Positions 27,743-39,551 of a DNA stretch of 64,000 bases are shown here, one piece after another. The translations under genes and the position numbers were made by a program. The DNA is from Camelus ferus. Lineage: Eukaryota. The DNA lies in assembly GCF_009834535.1 (NCBI RefSeq), contig NC_045697.1, forward strand, positions 58,406,001 to 58,470,000, read 5' to 3'. The notes beneath the pieces were generated by a model, which saw only the letters and a program-made list of their open reading frames with translations, ran no database searches and was not told the origin of the DNA. How positions within the stretch are numbered: position 1 is the stretch's first letter; every line of letters begins with the position of its first letter.

Positions 27743-28639
27743 TAATTGTTGAGTGAAAACTCTTTGTCTCCAGTTGCTGTAACCAAATGGCTATTTGGTA
27801 TTAGAAGACAGCAAGCTATACTAAAACAAAGGGATTCTATGATTAGGGCAGAAATGGCATCATATTATTAATTACTCTTTCTCCACCTAAAGATTGGGAC
27901 TAGACATTTAGTAAAGATACTTTTATAACATTTTATCATGAATTATAAACTCAATTAATATTGAAGGAGTCATACCTCCAGCATTTCATTGACGTAAAAT
28001 ACTTGGGGGCCGGGCAGGGGAACTCAGTTGTAACAAAAATATTTTGGGCAGTGCTTTCCAAACTGAGTTCCATGGGTTAATAGTTTTAAATTATTGCTCT
28101 TCAGATTTCTTGATTTCAGGGCCAAATAAATTTAGGAAACAGCCCAATGTATACTTCTCTTAGACTTTTCAGGGCATTCTCTGAATTCTTATAATAAAAA
28201 AGCTATTTTACTTTGTTTAGCTTATCTCCCAAATATATTTAAACTCAAAAACATTTTTTTCATTAAATGAGACCTGCTGAAAAACAACACACACGGAGTC
28301 TATTTAGTATTAACTAAAAATCAGTTTAAGAATTTTCTTGAGGATTTTGTGTGTATCAAAATCTTGAGGATTTTGTATTTTGTATCACACAAAATAGCAC
28401 CTTATGTATCACATGCAAATTAGGTATTGTATTTACTTTACAGATGAGAAGCCCTATTGTTAGAAAAGTAATTTGTTCAAAGGTATAGAATCAGTGACAC
28501 TTCTCTCTCTTTCTCTCAGTTGTCTGGAAAAATGGAATCCACTTTGAGCTCCTTAAAAGCAGGCTCCATGTTTTTTTACTCCCTTTATTTAAATGAGAGG
28601 GGATGGGTTAACTTCTTTTCAACTAATCATTTAGTTGAT

Positions 28640-28840
28640 GCAGTGCAACATGGTTAAAAAAGAATAAAATGGACTTTAGACTGAGAGATTTTGGTTCAGA
28701 ACTCACTGGCTCTGTGACTATGAGATCTGAACTTCCATTTCCTTCATAAAGCAAATATGAAAAAATCCATCTCACCATAGGACTGGAAAGATTCAATGAG
28801 GCAATGCAAAGTGTCAGACACAAACGAGGTACTCAGGAGC
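28640..28840 (+). mobile_element. MIR SINE
   Basis: atggactttagactgagagatttggttc...ctgtgact...cataggactggaaagattcaatgagg. Confidence 0.55.
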
Positions 28841-29063
28841 TAGGGATTTCTCTCCATTTCCTTTTCAGAATAGTTCTTATGAAAATGTATTTTCAATATT
28901 ATAGAGTAGAGACATCTAAGTTAGATTTCTCCAGCTGATATTTGTACTCATTTTACTGATGCTAAGAGTTAGTAAAATAATCAGAATCCTTGAAAGTACC
29001 GAATGATGATTATATAATGTCTATCCTTGTGATCTACAACATAAACAAATATTTGTTGGGCCC

Positions 29064-29069
29064 TTTATT
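29064..29069 (-). terminator. AATAAA serving the candidate alternative terminal exon
   Basis: Minus strand: ttcttttgAATAAAgggcccaacaaatatttgtttatgttgtag. Confidence 0.45.
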
Positions 29070-29279
29070 CAAAAGAAGAATGCACATCACAGCGCAGAGC
29101 CCAAACTCTCCTTTAGACCACTGGTGACTGACTCTCCTACTTCCAGTTTGAGATGAGGAGAAGTAAGTTGATCAGGCAGCAGATTTAAGACTACATTATA
29201 TCACATCACTGGCAAACTTTAAAAGCAAACATTAAGTTCTTAATTTAACTTCCTCTCTTCCTAGAAAGAACAAGTAGAC

Positions 29280-29308
29280 TTACAGATACCTGGGGTGGCA
29301 GCAGTTCT
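29280..29308 (-). CDS. ADGRL3: Candidate alternative terminal exon of ADGRL3 ((E)NCCHPRYL*)
   Basis: cattcttctttatattttcag|AGAACTGCTGCCACCCCAGGTATCTGTAA. Compatible with phase-1 donors. AATAAA at 29064-29069 with a GU-rich downstream element. Confidence 0.5.
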
Positions 29309-29489
29309 CTGAAAATATAAAGAAGAATGCCTCACATTTTACTTCCAACATGTGAAGAGGAGGATGTAGGGTATGGGGATAGTAAGAAAATATATTAGGT
29401 GTCTATGTTTCAATTATTTTCCTGCCGTTTGAAACACTGTCTCCAAACCAAAGTTTGGGTACTACCATATAATAAGAGGGACTACATCA

Positions 29490-32400
29490 CTTATTGTTTA
29501 CTGATATTTTTTATTGAGGTTTGTAGCTCATAACTTTACACGTGATTGTACAGAGCATTTAAGGGGAAAAAAAGGTTGGAAAAGTTGTACAAGGGAAAAA
29601 AATCCGATAGATTAAATTTTTGTGGGTATATGATAAGATCAATGCCTTGTGTAAATATATGAGAATGTAAGAACCCAAAACCTGCGATAACTATATTCTT
29701 GTTCCTAAAAAGTAACTTTCCTTATCAATGAGAAATAGCTCAATTAGTTGTTGGTTTTTAAAATAAACTGTCCTTTTTTAAAAAGATGTATTTTGAATTA
29801 GATTTAATGCTTGGCAAGTAGGAAAGCAGGATGAAAATCTTTTCCAAATTATGTTTCCTCTTTCCAACACATTCACAGAGGCCATTAAGGGAAGTCAAGC
29901 TGACTCTACAGTTTCTGACTTTGTCGTTCATAGGCAAAGATCAGTGTTAGAACATACAAAGAAGTCTTGTTTATAAATGAATACATTCTGATTGTCCATG
30001 GCTGTTTCAAGACAAATCACCTTTTATTACTTAGGATGGTAAAGAAAATCTTTTTCAAATGAGGCATGAAAACCAACTTTGAATGTTTTTCCCTCATCTC
30101 TCCTGATTCATAATGTCATTCAGAACATAAGACACTGTGACAAGTTGAAATCCAAGGCATTAAACAATGCTCTAGAGGACAAGGCAGCGGTCAACATGAG
30201 AGGACACTGTCCTGCTCACTATAGCCTGAGTTCCATCCCCAAAGACCCTACCTACTATTAAAGAGTCAATTGACATTCATGAATTTTGCCAAACATTTTT
30301 TGAGGTCAACCAATACATTTCACTTTTGAAGCCAGGACTGTTTTGCCAGTTTCACCTACAGAAGAATCTGAGAAAATTTTCACTTTTAAAAAGCTAGTGT
30401 GGGTATGGATTTTGAACATATTTCCTCGCCAGTGTATTGTGAAATCCTGCAGTCTTGGGCCATTGAGACAAACTTAACTCCTTTAAAATTTAAAATCCTC
30501 CAATGTTGGACTAACTGTAAATCTTTAATAACCTCTCCCTCAGAGCACAGAGTTGGGACCTTCTCATTTCAAAATTATTCATACTGAATGACAATGTTTA
30601 CCTAAGTTAGATCCTTAGAAGTCAGCTTTACTTTCCTCTTCTTTTCAAGGTCTTTCCTTTAGCACTCTAGAATGAAAGAAGCATTGGGAAAACTTGTAGA
30701 CACATTTGGATTATGGAGTACCTTGATAACATGTCATGTGTACAACTGTCTGCAGAATTTTATGAATTGACTACAGTAATTGAAGAGAGAGAAGAACTTG
30801 AGAGTAATACTTTCAGCAGTGTAATTATTTGTTCAGTCTCAAAGTAATATTCATATATATAATGAATTATCCTATAATATGAATATTGTTTGGTTATGAA
30901 TTATTTTGTACAATGTACATAATTCCAATTTAATATTAATTTCATGTTTATTAGAGTCATAATAAAGCCCTAAAAGGTACAAATCTACTCGTAGCATTAA
31001 CTGTGTTGGCGTACAATAGAGTAAGCAGGTTAGAGAGTGAAAGTGAATTGAGGCAAAAATACTAATATTTAAGAAACATTTATAAAATAGTCATGTTTCC
31101 TTGAGACAAGGTGTAGCTAGACAAGAAATATATAAAGAATGTTAAAAGTGTTCAGTATTTCCTGTGGAAACAGCGGGTTAAAATTATAATATGATAAACT
31201 TCAATTTCATTTTTTTCAACACATCAATAGCATTTGGTACAATATGTAAGGTTTTTATCACTCTAAGTAATTTCATTATTTTTCCTGGATAATTTATCTC
31301 TGTATCTCTAATTGAGGTCCAGCTACCTCACCATAAATTTGCCAGTTTGGTTCTGTTCTTCTGTTCATATCATGATGGGAAACTTCATTACCCCATTAGA
31401 GGTTTTTTTCTTGTATTGCCTTTCTTGACTTCTTCATATAAAAGTTCTCCTTTCACATGCCTTCTTAAACATCATAGTTTCTATTTACCTTTAAAGTTTT
31501 CTAATGGGACACAAACTAAGAAAAATTTGCATGACATACTGTTTAGAGAGAAAAAGAAATATCAAAATAGCTGAAATCAAGACATTTGAATAAGAACTTA
31601 AAGGTGTTAGATGTTAAAGAAGGTTAACTTAATTTTTTTGAAAAGAGGGAGTAACAGTAACTTTATTTCAAATGAGAATACACAAAATCATAATAACTAC
31701 CGGTTTTATTGAAAAAAATCACAAAGTTCGCAATATTGTGAACAAGCTATTTGCTCTGTAAGCTGTAAATGAAAAGAATGGGGTATGTGAGTCTGTGCAC
31801 AGGTGAAAGCTGAAGACTGATTTCCCTTTTAAAGCAGAGAGGAAGTAGTCAGGTTAACTAGTAAATAGGAAATATTCCTCTTACGGCCTAAGCAGGAAAT
31901 AAGCAGTTACCAACACTTTAGCTTCTAGTCTGACATGAAAATTTAGATATTTAGCAATATTTTTCAGACGGGTAAAGGACCTACTTGCTGATTACAGAGT
32001 TGAATTTACAGTTGGGATCCATCGAATCTATTTTATGAACTCAAAGAAGCATCTCATGTAGAACCCATTAGCATAAGAATGTTTCCATAAGCTATTTCGC
32101 AACATTGCTGCTTCACTCTTGTGCTTCCATGTTCCTGATGTATTGATGTGCAGAAATATAACATAAGATATATTTAAAGTATTACTTAAAATGCATAATA
32201 ATTATTTATGTGGTGAGTTATAATTATGAATTACTAAACATGAACTAATTAATTCTTAAGAGCTTGATACTATGATATACTGGGAAGGAAATATATATTG
32301 TTATTTTATCTCAAATATTTTTGTTAGAGAAGAAGACATTCTTGACAGTATTTTCAGAATTGCTCAAAATCAAATTAGCGGTTGGGTTCTTTCTTTCCTC

Positions 32401-35254
32401 TCTCTCGAAATTTCTCTATTTGAATTGACTGCAGAGTAGTTTTTGGTTTTTGAAAAATGCCCCACAGCAGTGGTACTTTGGTACCATACTGACGGACAGC
32501 TTCTAAAAGTGAATTATTCTTTCACTAATAGGAGGCAATAATTGATTAGTTTGAAGTTGATCTTTAGACAACCCAGAAGAATATTTCCCTCTCCCTTTTG
32601 GTTTCAGTAATAAAGCAGAAAATTGGACCTTGAAGTTTTTAATGTTTTTTTTTTTTAAGTAAACAAACTAGTCAATGGGTTTGAACACATGTGGGGAAAA
32701 AGCTGAAGATAGTGCCTAAATTTAAGTCTACAGATCCTTCATAAATATTACTAATTCACTATATGTTTATCTCCATTATTATGAAACTTTTGTCATACCA
32801 AGTTAATATTGAAAAATTAAAAAATAAAATCTTAAAGACCTTTCATCACTACGTCAACATTTTTAGATTAATGGGGATTTTTAAAACTACATTTTAATTT
32901 AAGAGCCATTGTGAATTTGTATTACAGGAAGTTAAGGGGTTTCCATTATCTGCATTTGATTACTACATTTTCCAGACTTTTTATTTCAAGATAATTGTTC
33001 TCATGTCAGTTCTTTTTTGTCATTATGATTATTTTAGCATGGCAATTTATTATTCAACTATAGTATTTTTAATTTTAATAGAGTAGAAACAAAAAGGGCT
33101 GCTGAAAAAAATTAATTGAAATTCTAGCCTATTTCTCCTTCACAAAATTTAGCTTTCTCCATAAATACTATCAATTAGAAACATGGGCTGTGCAACAATC
33201 CAGCAGTTTCTGAATCAACTAAACATGAGGTCTGTTAGCTAGTGTCCTGATAAAGTATCATGTGAAATAGACCTCAAAGAGGAAAAGAGGTTTCAAGTGT
33301 AAAATGTTATGAAAATATTTTACTTGGAAATAACAACTTGTTTGTTTCATTGGCATAACTTTTCTATTCAAATAACGTGCTATATATGAATAGTATATTT
33401 GATGAAAGTTTACTTCTTAACGGAAAATCAGATAAACACATCAGAAATATGCAAATAAGTAAGTCATCAATGTCCCAGGGTATTGAAAATATAGTCAATC
33501 AAAGATGGTAAAAACAAGAAAATTTTTAAATTATTAGTTTATCTATTGCTGCACATGAAAACGCATGTGAAACAGATTCAAGTTCAGGAAATCAACCCTT
33601 GCTAGTGTAAAAAGGACATCAATACATGTTAGGTATGCACAGATTTCTGTTGAAATGTATACCTAATTAACTTTTTTGTCCACTGTTCTGTTTTCATTAT
33701 AGTCACACTGAACTTGGGGGAACAATCTCTTCCTGTGAAAATCTTTAGGATCATAAGTCTCTCTGAAAGCACACCAATTATGATGCATGCGAGTTAAAAA
33801 AAATCTCACCCTTTCATCCTGATGTAAGACCGTAGTAGTAATTGACAGGACTGAATGGCTTTCTGCACCAGTTTATGCATTCAGGTGATTTTCTTCAGCG
33901 TGGACTATGGAGAGCTGGGGACGCTATCTGCTTCAACTTTCCATATAATGAAACATAAAAGATAATGGGCAGGGAGGTAGCAGTATCAGAAAATCAGAAT
34001 CGGCAGCATCAGCAAGCTGAACTGAGGTAGTTTCCCCATTGTTCTGTGAAACTAACTTCTTATTGATGGAGCTGCTTCCATACAGATTACTGTTGGATTG
34101 GCAAAACAAGCATATAAGTATTTATAATCCACAGACTACGTTTGTGTTTCTGAAGTTACCGTAAACTTGTCTAAAAAAGGATTCTTTCATTACCAAATGT
34201 CTTCTATGTAACAGACAGGCTAACCCACCTTTCAGCGCTAATATTGCCATATGTAGTATGAGAAAACCTATTACTATTAAAGCTTGTGGTTCTCCTGTAA
34301 CTTAAAAAAAAAAAAAACCCAAACACTGTAGACTTAAAAAATACTTATGTCAAGTGACTAAAAAGGAATGATACATAAGATATTTTGCGGTGATATTAAG
34401 GTTATGATGTACTCTGGCCCTGCTTGGAAGTTTTTCTTTTGTCAAATATTTTAAAACTGTCTATGTAGATTACTGGTTATTCTCTAAACTACTCCTTCTC
34501 ATCTTAATTTAAGAAATTAATTTATAGATGGATGGTGTTTGGATTTTTAGAAAAAATAAAGAAAAAGAAACTGCCAAGATCCCACATAATATAAGAGAAA
34601 TTATAATTTGGCAAATTCATTCTAACTTTGCCCCATGAGGGTCTCCATGCTTGGACACTGCTGGTAAAGATTCTTCAGTAACTGGAGATCCAGAAAGTTT
34701 CTTTGAAAGGACTTTTTCCCTCCCATTTTATCCATATATAGAACAACAGAAAAATAATCATAGAAGTGTCTTATACTATCTGTATAAAATGAATATTCTC
34801 TTTGCCATGATTCTTGCAGCTTTTAGCCAATTGAGTGAATTTAAATTTCCAACAACAAAGTGAAGCTTATAAGGGAGGAAAAACATATGATCCACCCTTC
34901 CCCAATTCAATACTCAAATTTTTCTATGACTGAAGCTGACTTTCATAATAAGCAGTGTGACTGCAGCTGGTTTATAATAAGCACATAGTAACCTATACAT
35001 TAACCTGCTTGAAAGTAAGTTATGCATCTTATTTCAGCCAACATAAACATGCCCATCCCATTTTTTCTGGATTATTTTGTCTGCAAAAACTGTATAATTT
35101 TGTGCTTAGTCTATTCATCTAGGCAGATTGATTTCTTTTGCATGGCTCATTTGGGCCACAGAGGATTAGCAAAGCTTATATATTGAAAACAGAAGGAAAG
35201 AAAGGCGAGAAAAATGAAAAGGAATAATTAATCATATAGTACATACATCAATAC
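29490..35254 (-). other. ADGRL3: Probable extended (distal) ADGRL3 3' UTR
   Basis: No recognisable interspersed repeats. Further AATAAA at 31705-31710, 31662-31667, 30947-30952 and 29510-29515. Confidence 0.55.
29510..29515 (-). terminator. Candidate distal polyadenylation signal AATAAA
   Basis: Minus strand: ctcTGTAcaatcacgTGTAaagttatgagctacaaacctcAATAAAaaatatc, with two upstream UGUA motifs. Lies near the edge of the repeat-free block. Confidence 0.55.
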
Positions 35255-35280
35255 AATATCCTCTAAATCTCAATCAGTTG

Positions 35281-35286
35281 TTTATT
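35281..35286 (-). terminator. Proximal polyadenylation signal AATAAA
   Basis: Minus strand: tgttgtaaaagtgaaacttgtttgccaaccAATAAAcaactgattgag...tattgtattgatgtatgt. Upstream UGUA and a downstream GU-rich element are present. Confidence 0.75.
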
Positions 35287-35955
35287 GGTTGGCAAACAAG
35301 TTTCACTTTTACAACAAATATTAGTAATGAGGTCATCCAACTTTGAGACCATACAAAATGGATTGTAAGTTTAAAAAAAAATTATATGTGCTGCTAATTT
35401 ACCTCTTGTATTCCTACATTACTTAAAATCCTGTCAAATAAATAAATTTTGCCGTTAATAAACAGAAGAGTTTTTTTTAAAAAAAATCACTTCAAAATAA
35501 CTTGACCTTTCAATTCTTTCTACAAGGGAGTGAATTTCCTTTAAAAATTGGTAGTGCAGGCACCCACTTGGGGATCAGACTGAACATTCAGCACTTTCAC
35601 GCCTATGGGATACCCATTTTTCACATGCAGAAGCCCCACTAGTTCTATTGACACCTCTTGACTTCTAGAATCATAGCTACTGTCTTAGTGATGAACTGCT
35701 TGCCAAATATGCTTTGCATTACAACAGATGTGCACTGTAAACATAAAAGTTCTTCCTGCTCTAATTTGCAAAAATGCTCTTGGAAATATTCTGACTGAAT
35801 AAAGATATATAGTGAGGGAAGGAAGTCTAATTTTATTTATTTTATATTTTTTGTAAAAAATAATTTGTTTGCATTACTAGAAAATGATTCTTATAAAGTG
35901 ATAGCTTCATTTATTTATTTATTTTTTGCCAGGTGAAATTTTAAAGAAAAAGGCC

Positions 35956-36053
35956 AAAAAAAAAAAAAAAAAAAAAAAAGAAAGAAAAAAAGAAAAGAAA
36001 GGAAAAAAAAGAAGAAAGGAAAATGAAGAAAGAAAAGAAAGAAGAAAGGAAGG
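35956..36053. repeat. A24 plus (GAAA)-rich purine tract (U/C-rich in ADGRL3 mRNA)
   Basis: About 98 nt, almost purely A/G on the plus strand. Confidence 0.9.
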
Positions 36054-36859
36054 TAACATTGCTCTCTTACTGGCAGACAAACTTGCAAGACCAGCACGAA
36101 AGAAAAAGAAAATTTCTTTTTTTCTCCACTACGTTAACAGGACTCAAATTCTGGAGGAACAGAAAGCAGACTACATGTGCAATGCTAGTATCTGTACATT
36201 ACATAGAAATTGTTCAATTTTTTTTCTGCCATTAGTTTTATCATCAGTTAATACAGCAAATCATAAAATATGCATTTAGCATATAATTCTAGAATTCCCC
36301 TCCATTTCATTACTGATTTTGTTGTTTTCTTTTGTACACCACAACTACTGTTGCTGTGGTGAATTCAGGTTGTGAGTGACTAAAAACCACTATTGATACA
36401 GTTTGCTTTGCTTTTATGTTTGCGCAGCACTCCAATCTAGATGCAGCATTGTTACTAATTTCAAACAACTGTTCTGGCCTTTTAAAAATCAGGTCCTTGT
36501 AATGATAGTAACAGAGCATCAGAGATGTTAGAACAAACAACATAACTCAACAAGGCCACAATGAGCGCCATTTTCTTCATATCTTGTTCATTAACATAAT
36601 GAAGTCTCCATCTGAGGGGGAAAAGGACAGGAAAGGAGAGAGCACAGGGGGATTTCAGCAGTTATCTTTCTCCCCTGGGCTGACCTAAAAATCCCAGTTT
36701 AAAAAAAAAAAAAAAAAGAAAGAAGTCTGAGAGTTTGTGTTTGTCGTTGAAGAACAGCATAAAGATTTAGGAGTACACACATTATTACCACTGCTTATGT
36801 CAACTCAGAACAGTCAATCAGGTGTTAGCAGTTTTGTTGGCTTAAATTTCTGTCATCTT

Positions 36860-37659
36860 CTATAGGCTAGTGACCAAATGAGCAGGTCCTTTTGAACTTC
36901 CCTCTGGAGGGGTCCCATCTTTGTTTGGAGGAACTATAAATCCATCACTGCTACCGCGACCTAGTTGGTAGTAGGTGTGCAGCTGATGGACGTGGTTTCT
37001 GGAGCCTAGGTTTGGCATGCTTTTGTAGTAAACATCTTCGGCATCACCACATTTGGCCGGTGGGGGTTCGGTCTGGGTGCTGGTAGTAACGCTCTCTGTG
37101 GCAGGCACACCAGCCAGGGCCGGCATGCTGGTGTAGAGAGAGTCCCTGTGGGGTGACTGGAGATCTTCTGTGTGCTCGTTGGTTAGCAAAGGGAAAAAGC
37201 TCTCACTGTGGTCTTGGGGGATCCGCCTTCTGGTGTAAAGGTGTGGCTGGTGGTTCTCTGTGGAGTAAACTCTCGGGGGCAGCAAAGGAGCGTCCGATTC
37301 CTCATGAATAAGTTCCAGGCCCAGACTCTCCTCGTGGTTAAAGGAGGTGGCGTCATCCAGGACAATGGCATCATCTTCACTCCCACTGCCCAGGTTGTTC
37401 ACCAGCTTGTTCATCAGATTCCTGTTCTGTTCGCTGGAGCGCTCGTGGTTGTTCAGGTAAGACGGGATGTAGTTGGAAGTGAGTTCCTTCAGAATCTTTT
37501 TCTCTAGGGTGGTCTCATTATGGTTATAGCCACGGTCTATGATTTGCACACAGTTGCTCAGGTATTCGCCACTGGCAATGCTATAACTATTGCCATGGTT
37601 ACCATTCAGTGGTAGAGTATCCATGACACTTGTATCCCTGGCATTGTTCAGAAGCCCCT
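36860..37659 (-). CDS. ADGRL3: ADGRL3 major terminal coding exon ((E)GLLNNARDTSVMDTLPLNGNHG...GPAHLVTSL*)
   Basis: Acceptor atctttttcag|AGGGGCTTCTG. Contains the 254-aa ORF 36860..37624, which is the latrophilin-3 C-terminal tail ending in a class I PDZ motif (T-S-L). Stop TAG at 36860-36862. Confidence 0.98.
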
Positions 37660-37709
37660 CTGAAAAAGATTACAAAACACTATGACATTTACATCCAACT
37701 GGCCAGAGA

Positions 37710-37730
37710 ACACACACACACACACACACA
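37710..37730. repeat. (CA)10 microsatellite, read as (UG)10 in pre-mRNA upstream of the terminal-exon acceptor
   Basis: Direct reading. Confidence 0.95.
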
Positions 37731-39551
37731 AAAGCAAAACCATCTGACTGTGAAGTATGTATAAATTGCTAGCAATTTTAATTAAGTATAAAATGTTTGG
37801 AAATAAAAAATACTATTAAACCTATATGTACATATCTACCTACATATATATACTTGGACAATTGATAGAAATCTTATAAACTGAAAAGAAGGATTTAAAG
37901 TTAATCTTTAAGAGGATTAAAAAAAACACCCTGTGAATTTGCAATTTCCACACAAACATTGCCTGACAGTATCTGAACATATTTGGTTATAACTTAGAGA
38001 AAAATAATGCAAAATTTTGCTGTAGTCATTCATAGCTTTCAATTTATACACATCAAAGTCAATTCAATAATTCATTACCTTTAATTTTACATATTGTCTT
38101 AACATTGAAATAGGTATAATATTCACATAATTCATGTGTGGTACTTTAAGTATATTTATCAAGTAAAAGAATCAAGCAGTTTCTAATAATTTGAAATTTA
38201 ATTTTGTAAGATTGAAAATAATCCCTACACACAAAACCACTAAATGATTATGTTAAATTTATTGTCAGAATGATGTAGTCATAAAATAATGTCTGGTTAA
38301 ATAAATGGCACATCAAAATAATTTGCACATAGGAGCTTTCAAAACATAAATATTTGGATTTACTTTCCAATTTTTTTCTGTTATAAGCACTTCAGTTACT
38401 ATTATGTATTAATCCATTATTACTTAGGGTCATTAGAATGTGTAAAGACATTTGGGTGATGTGATTCCTAAAAGCATAGTGTCAGTATTAAAGGTTCCAT
38501 TTCATAATGAGTGATGACTTTGTGTGCATATTAAACTTTGGGTTTAAAAGAGATTAAACATCTTATTCTGGGATAAAACAGCTGCAGTGAAATAATTTGA
38601 CCACACGCTTTTTCAAGTTTTTTGCATTTTCTTGAATGAACAGAAATCCAAGATTCTATAATAGTTCCATAAATCACCTCAAATGCAACCACAAAAGAAA
38701 ATAAAACACAAACATTTAACCAATACTGCTAAATAAGAAAGGGTATTTCTTTACGGAACATTAATTGAAGAATTCTATTAAACTTCTCAATAGACGGCTA
38801 AATTGTGAAAATACAGCATTCATTCTATATCTGTGATGCAGTTATGTTTACCAAGACTGAACTAGTTCATTGCTGGTTTAAATAAAGCGTCCCAAATATA
38901 TCAATTTTTATATGGACATCTGATGCACACTCTATAGTCAAGTAACACAGTTTTCAAAAACAGCAATGCATTAAGTACATTAAAAAGCAGCCATCACAGA
39001 CATAGGGTGAAGCGATTTATTTTCATGTTATAGGTATTCTGTAGACAAATCCACAATGTTAAGAAAAAATAAAAGTAAATGCTTTTTAAAGGGCCATATG
39101 TGATGGGTGATTGCTGCTGCAGAGGCTGCCATGGTATGCTTGATGATTATGGTTGAGCGACTGATGCATTGAAACGTGTTTATTATTTCTGTTGTCAATG
39201 CATTAGGTACAGGTTGAAAACAGCCATAGTAAAATAAAGTGGATATGTTGCATGTGACATGTATTTGTACGATGGAATGTAGTAATGAAAATTAAAAGTT
39301 TATGAATTACTTAGCAAAAATAAATGCTTAATTTAAAAACAATTTAACTCACACAAACATTACATGAGACTTAACAACTATGTTATGTGACACAATAAAA
39401 GAATCAGACAACAAAAGCGTCTAATCTCTATTAACATATATTTGTATAAGTCAATTCATAGGTTCTTTAGTTTTGAAATTGTGAGATGAACTGTTTTTAA
39501 TAACTACATCATCTATATGTGATGCAATAAAAGTGAACTAAAAAAAATTAC

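Larger units (their letters stand above)
35255..36859 (-). other. ADGRL3: ADGRL3 proximal 3' UTR (about 1.6 kb)
   Basis: Follows the stop codon and contains U-rich tracts. Ends at AATAAA 35281-35286, which is followed by GU/U-rich sequence. Confidence 0.8.

Noticed and set aside
27255..28376. Short local duplications (18-bp x2 at 27255-27290; 15-bp at 28336-28350 and 28362-28376)
   Set aside because: Two-copy slippage duplications with no array or spacer structure; not CRISPR-like.
33894..33918. RE1/REST-like sequence ttcagcgtggactatggagagctg
   Set aside because: Left half-site is mismatched and the spacing is non-canonical.
34011..34045. Alternative acceptor tttcacag giving EQWGNYLSSAC*
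   Set aside because: Poor pyrimidine tract with several upstream AGs and no dedicated nearby poly(A) signal; much weaker than the 29308 candidate.
35915..36279. Lys-rich 117-aa ORF and Phe-rich antisense ORF
   Set aside because: Translations of the A/GAAA low-complexity tract in the 3' UTR; no coding signal.
37183..37507. Overlapping ORFs within the terminal exon, one starting MGVK like the microexon extension
   Set aside because: Shadow frames of GC-richer coding sequence. The MGVK match is a short coincidence starting at a GTG.
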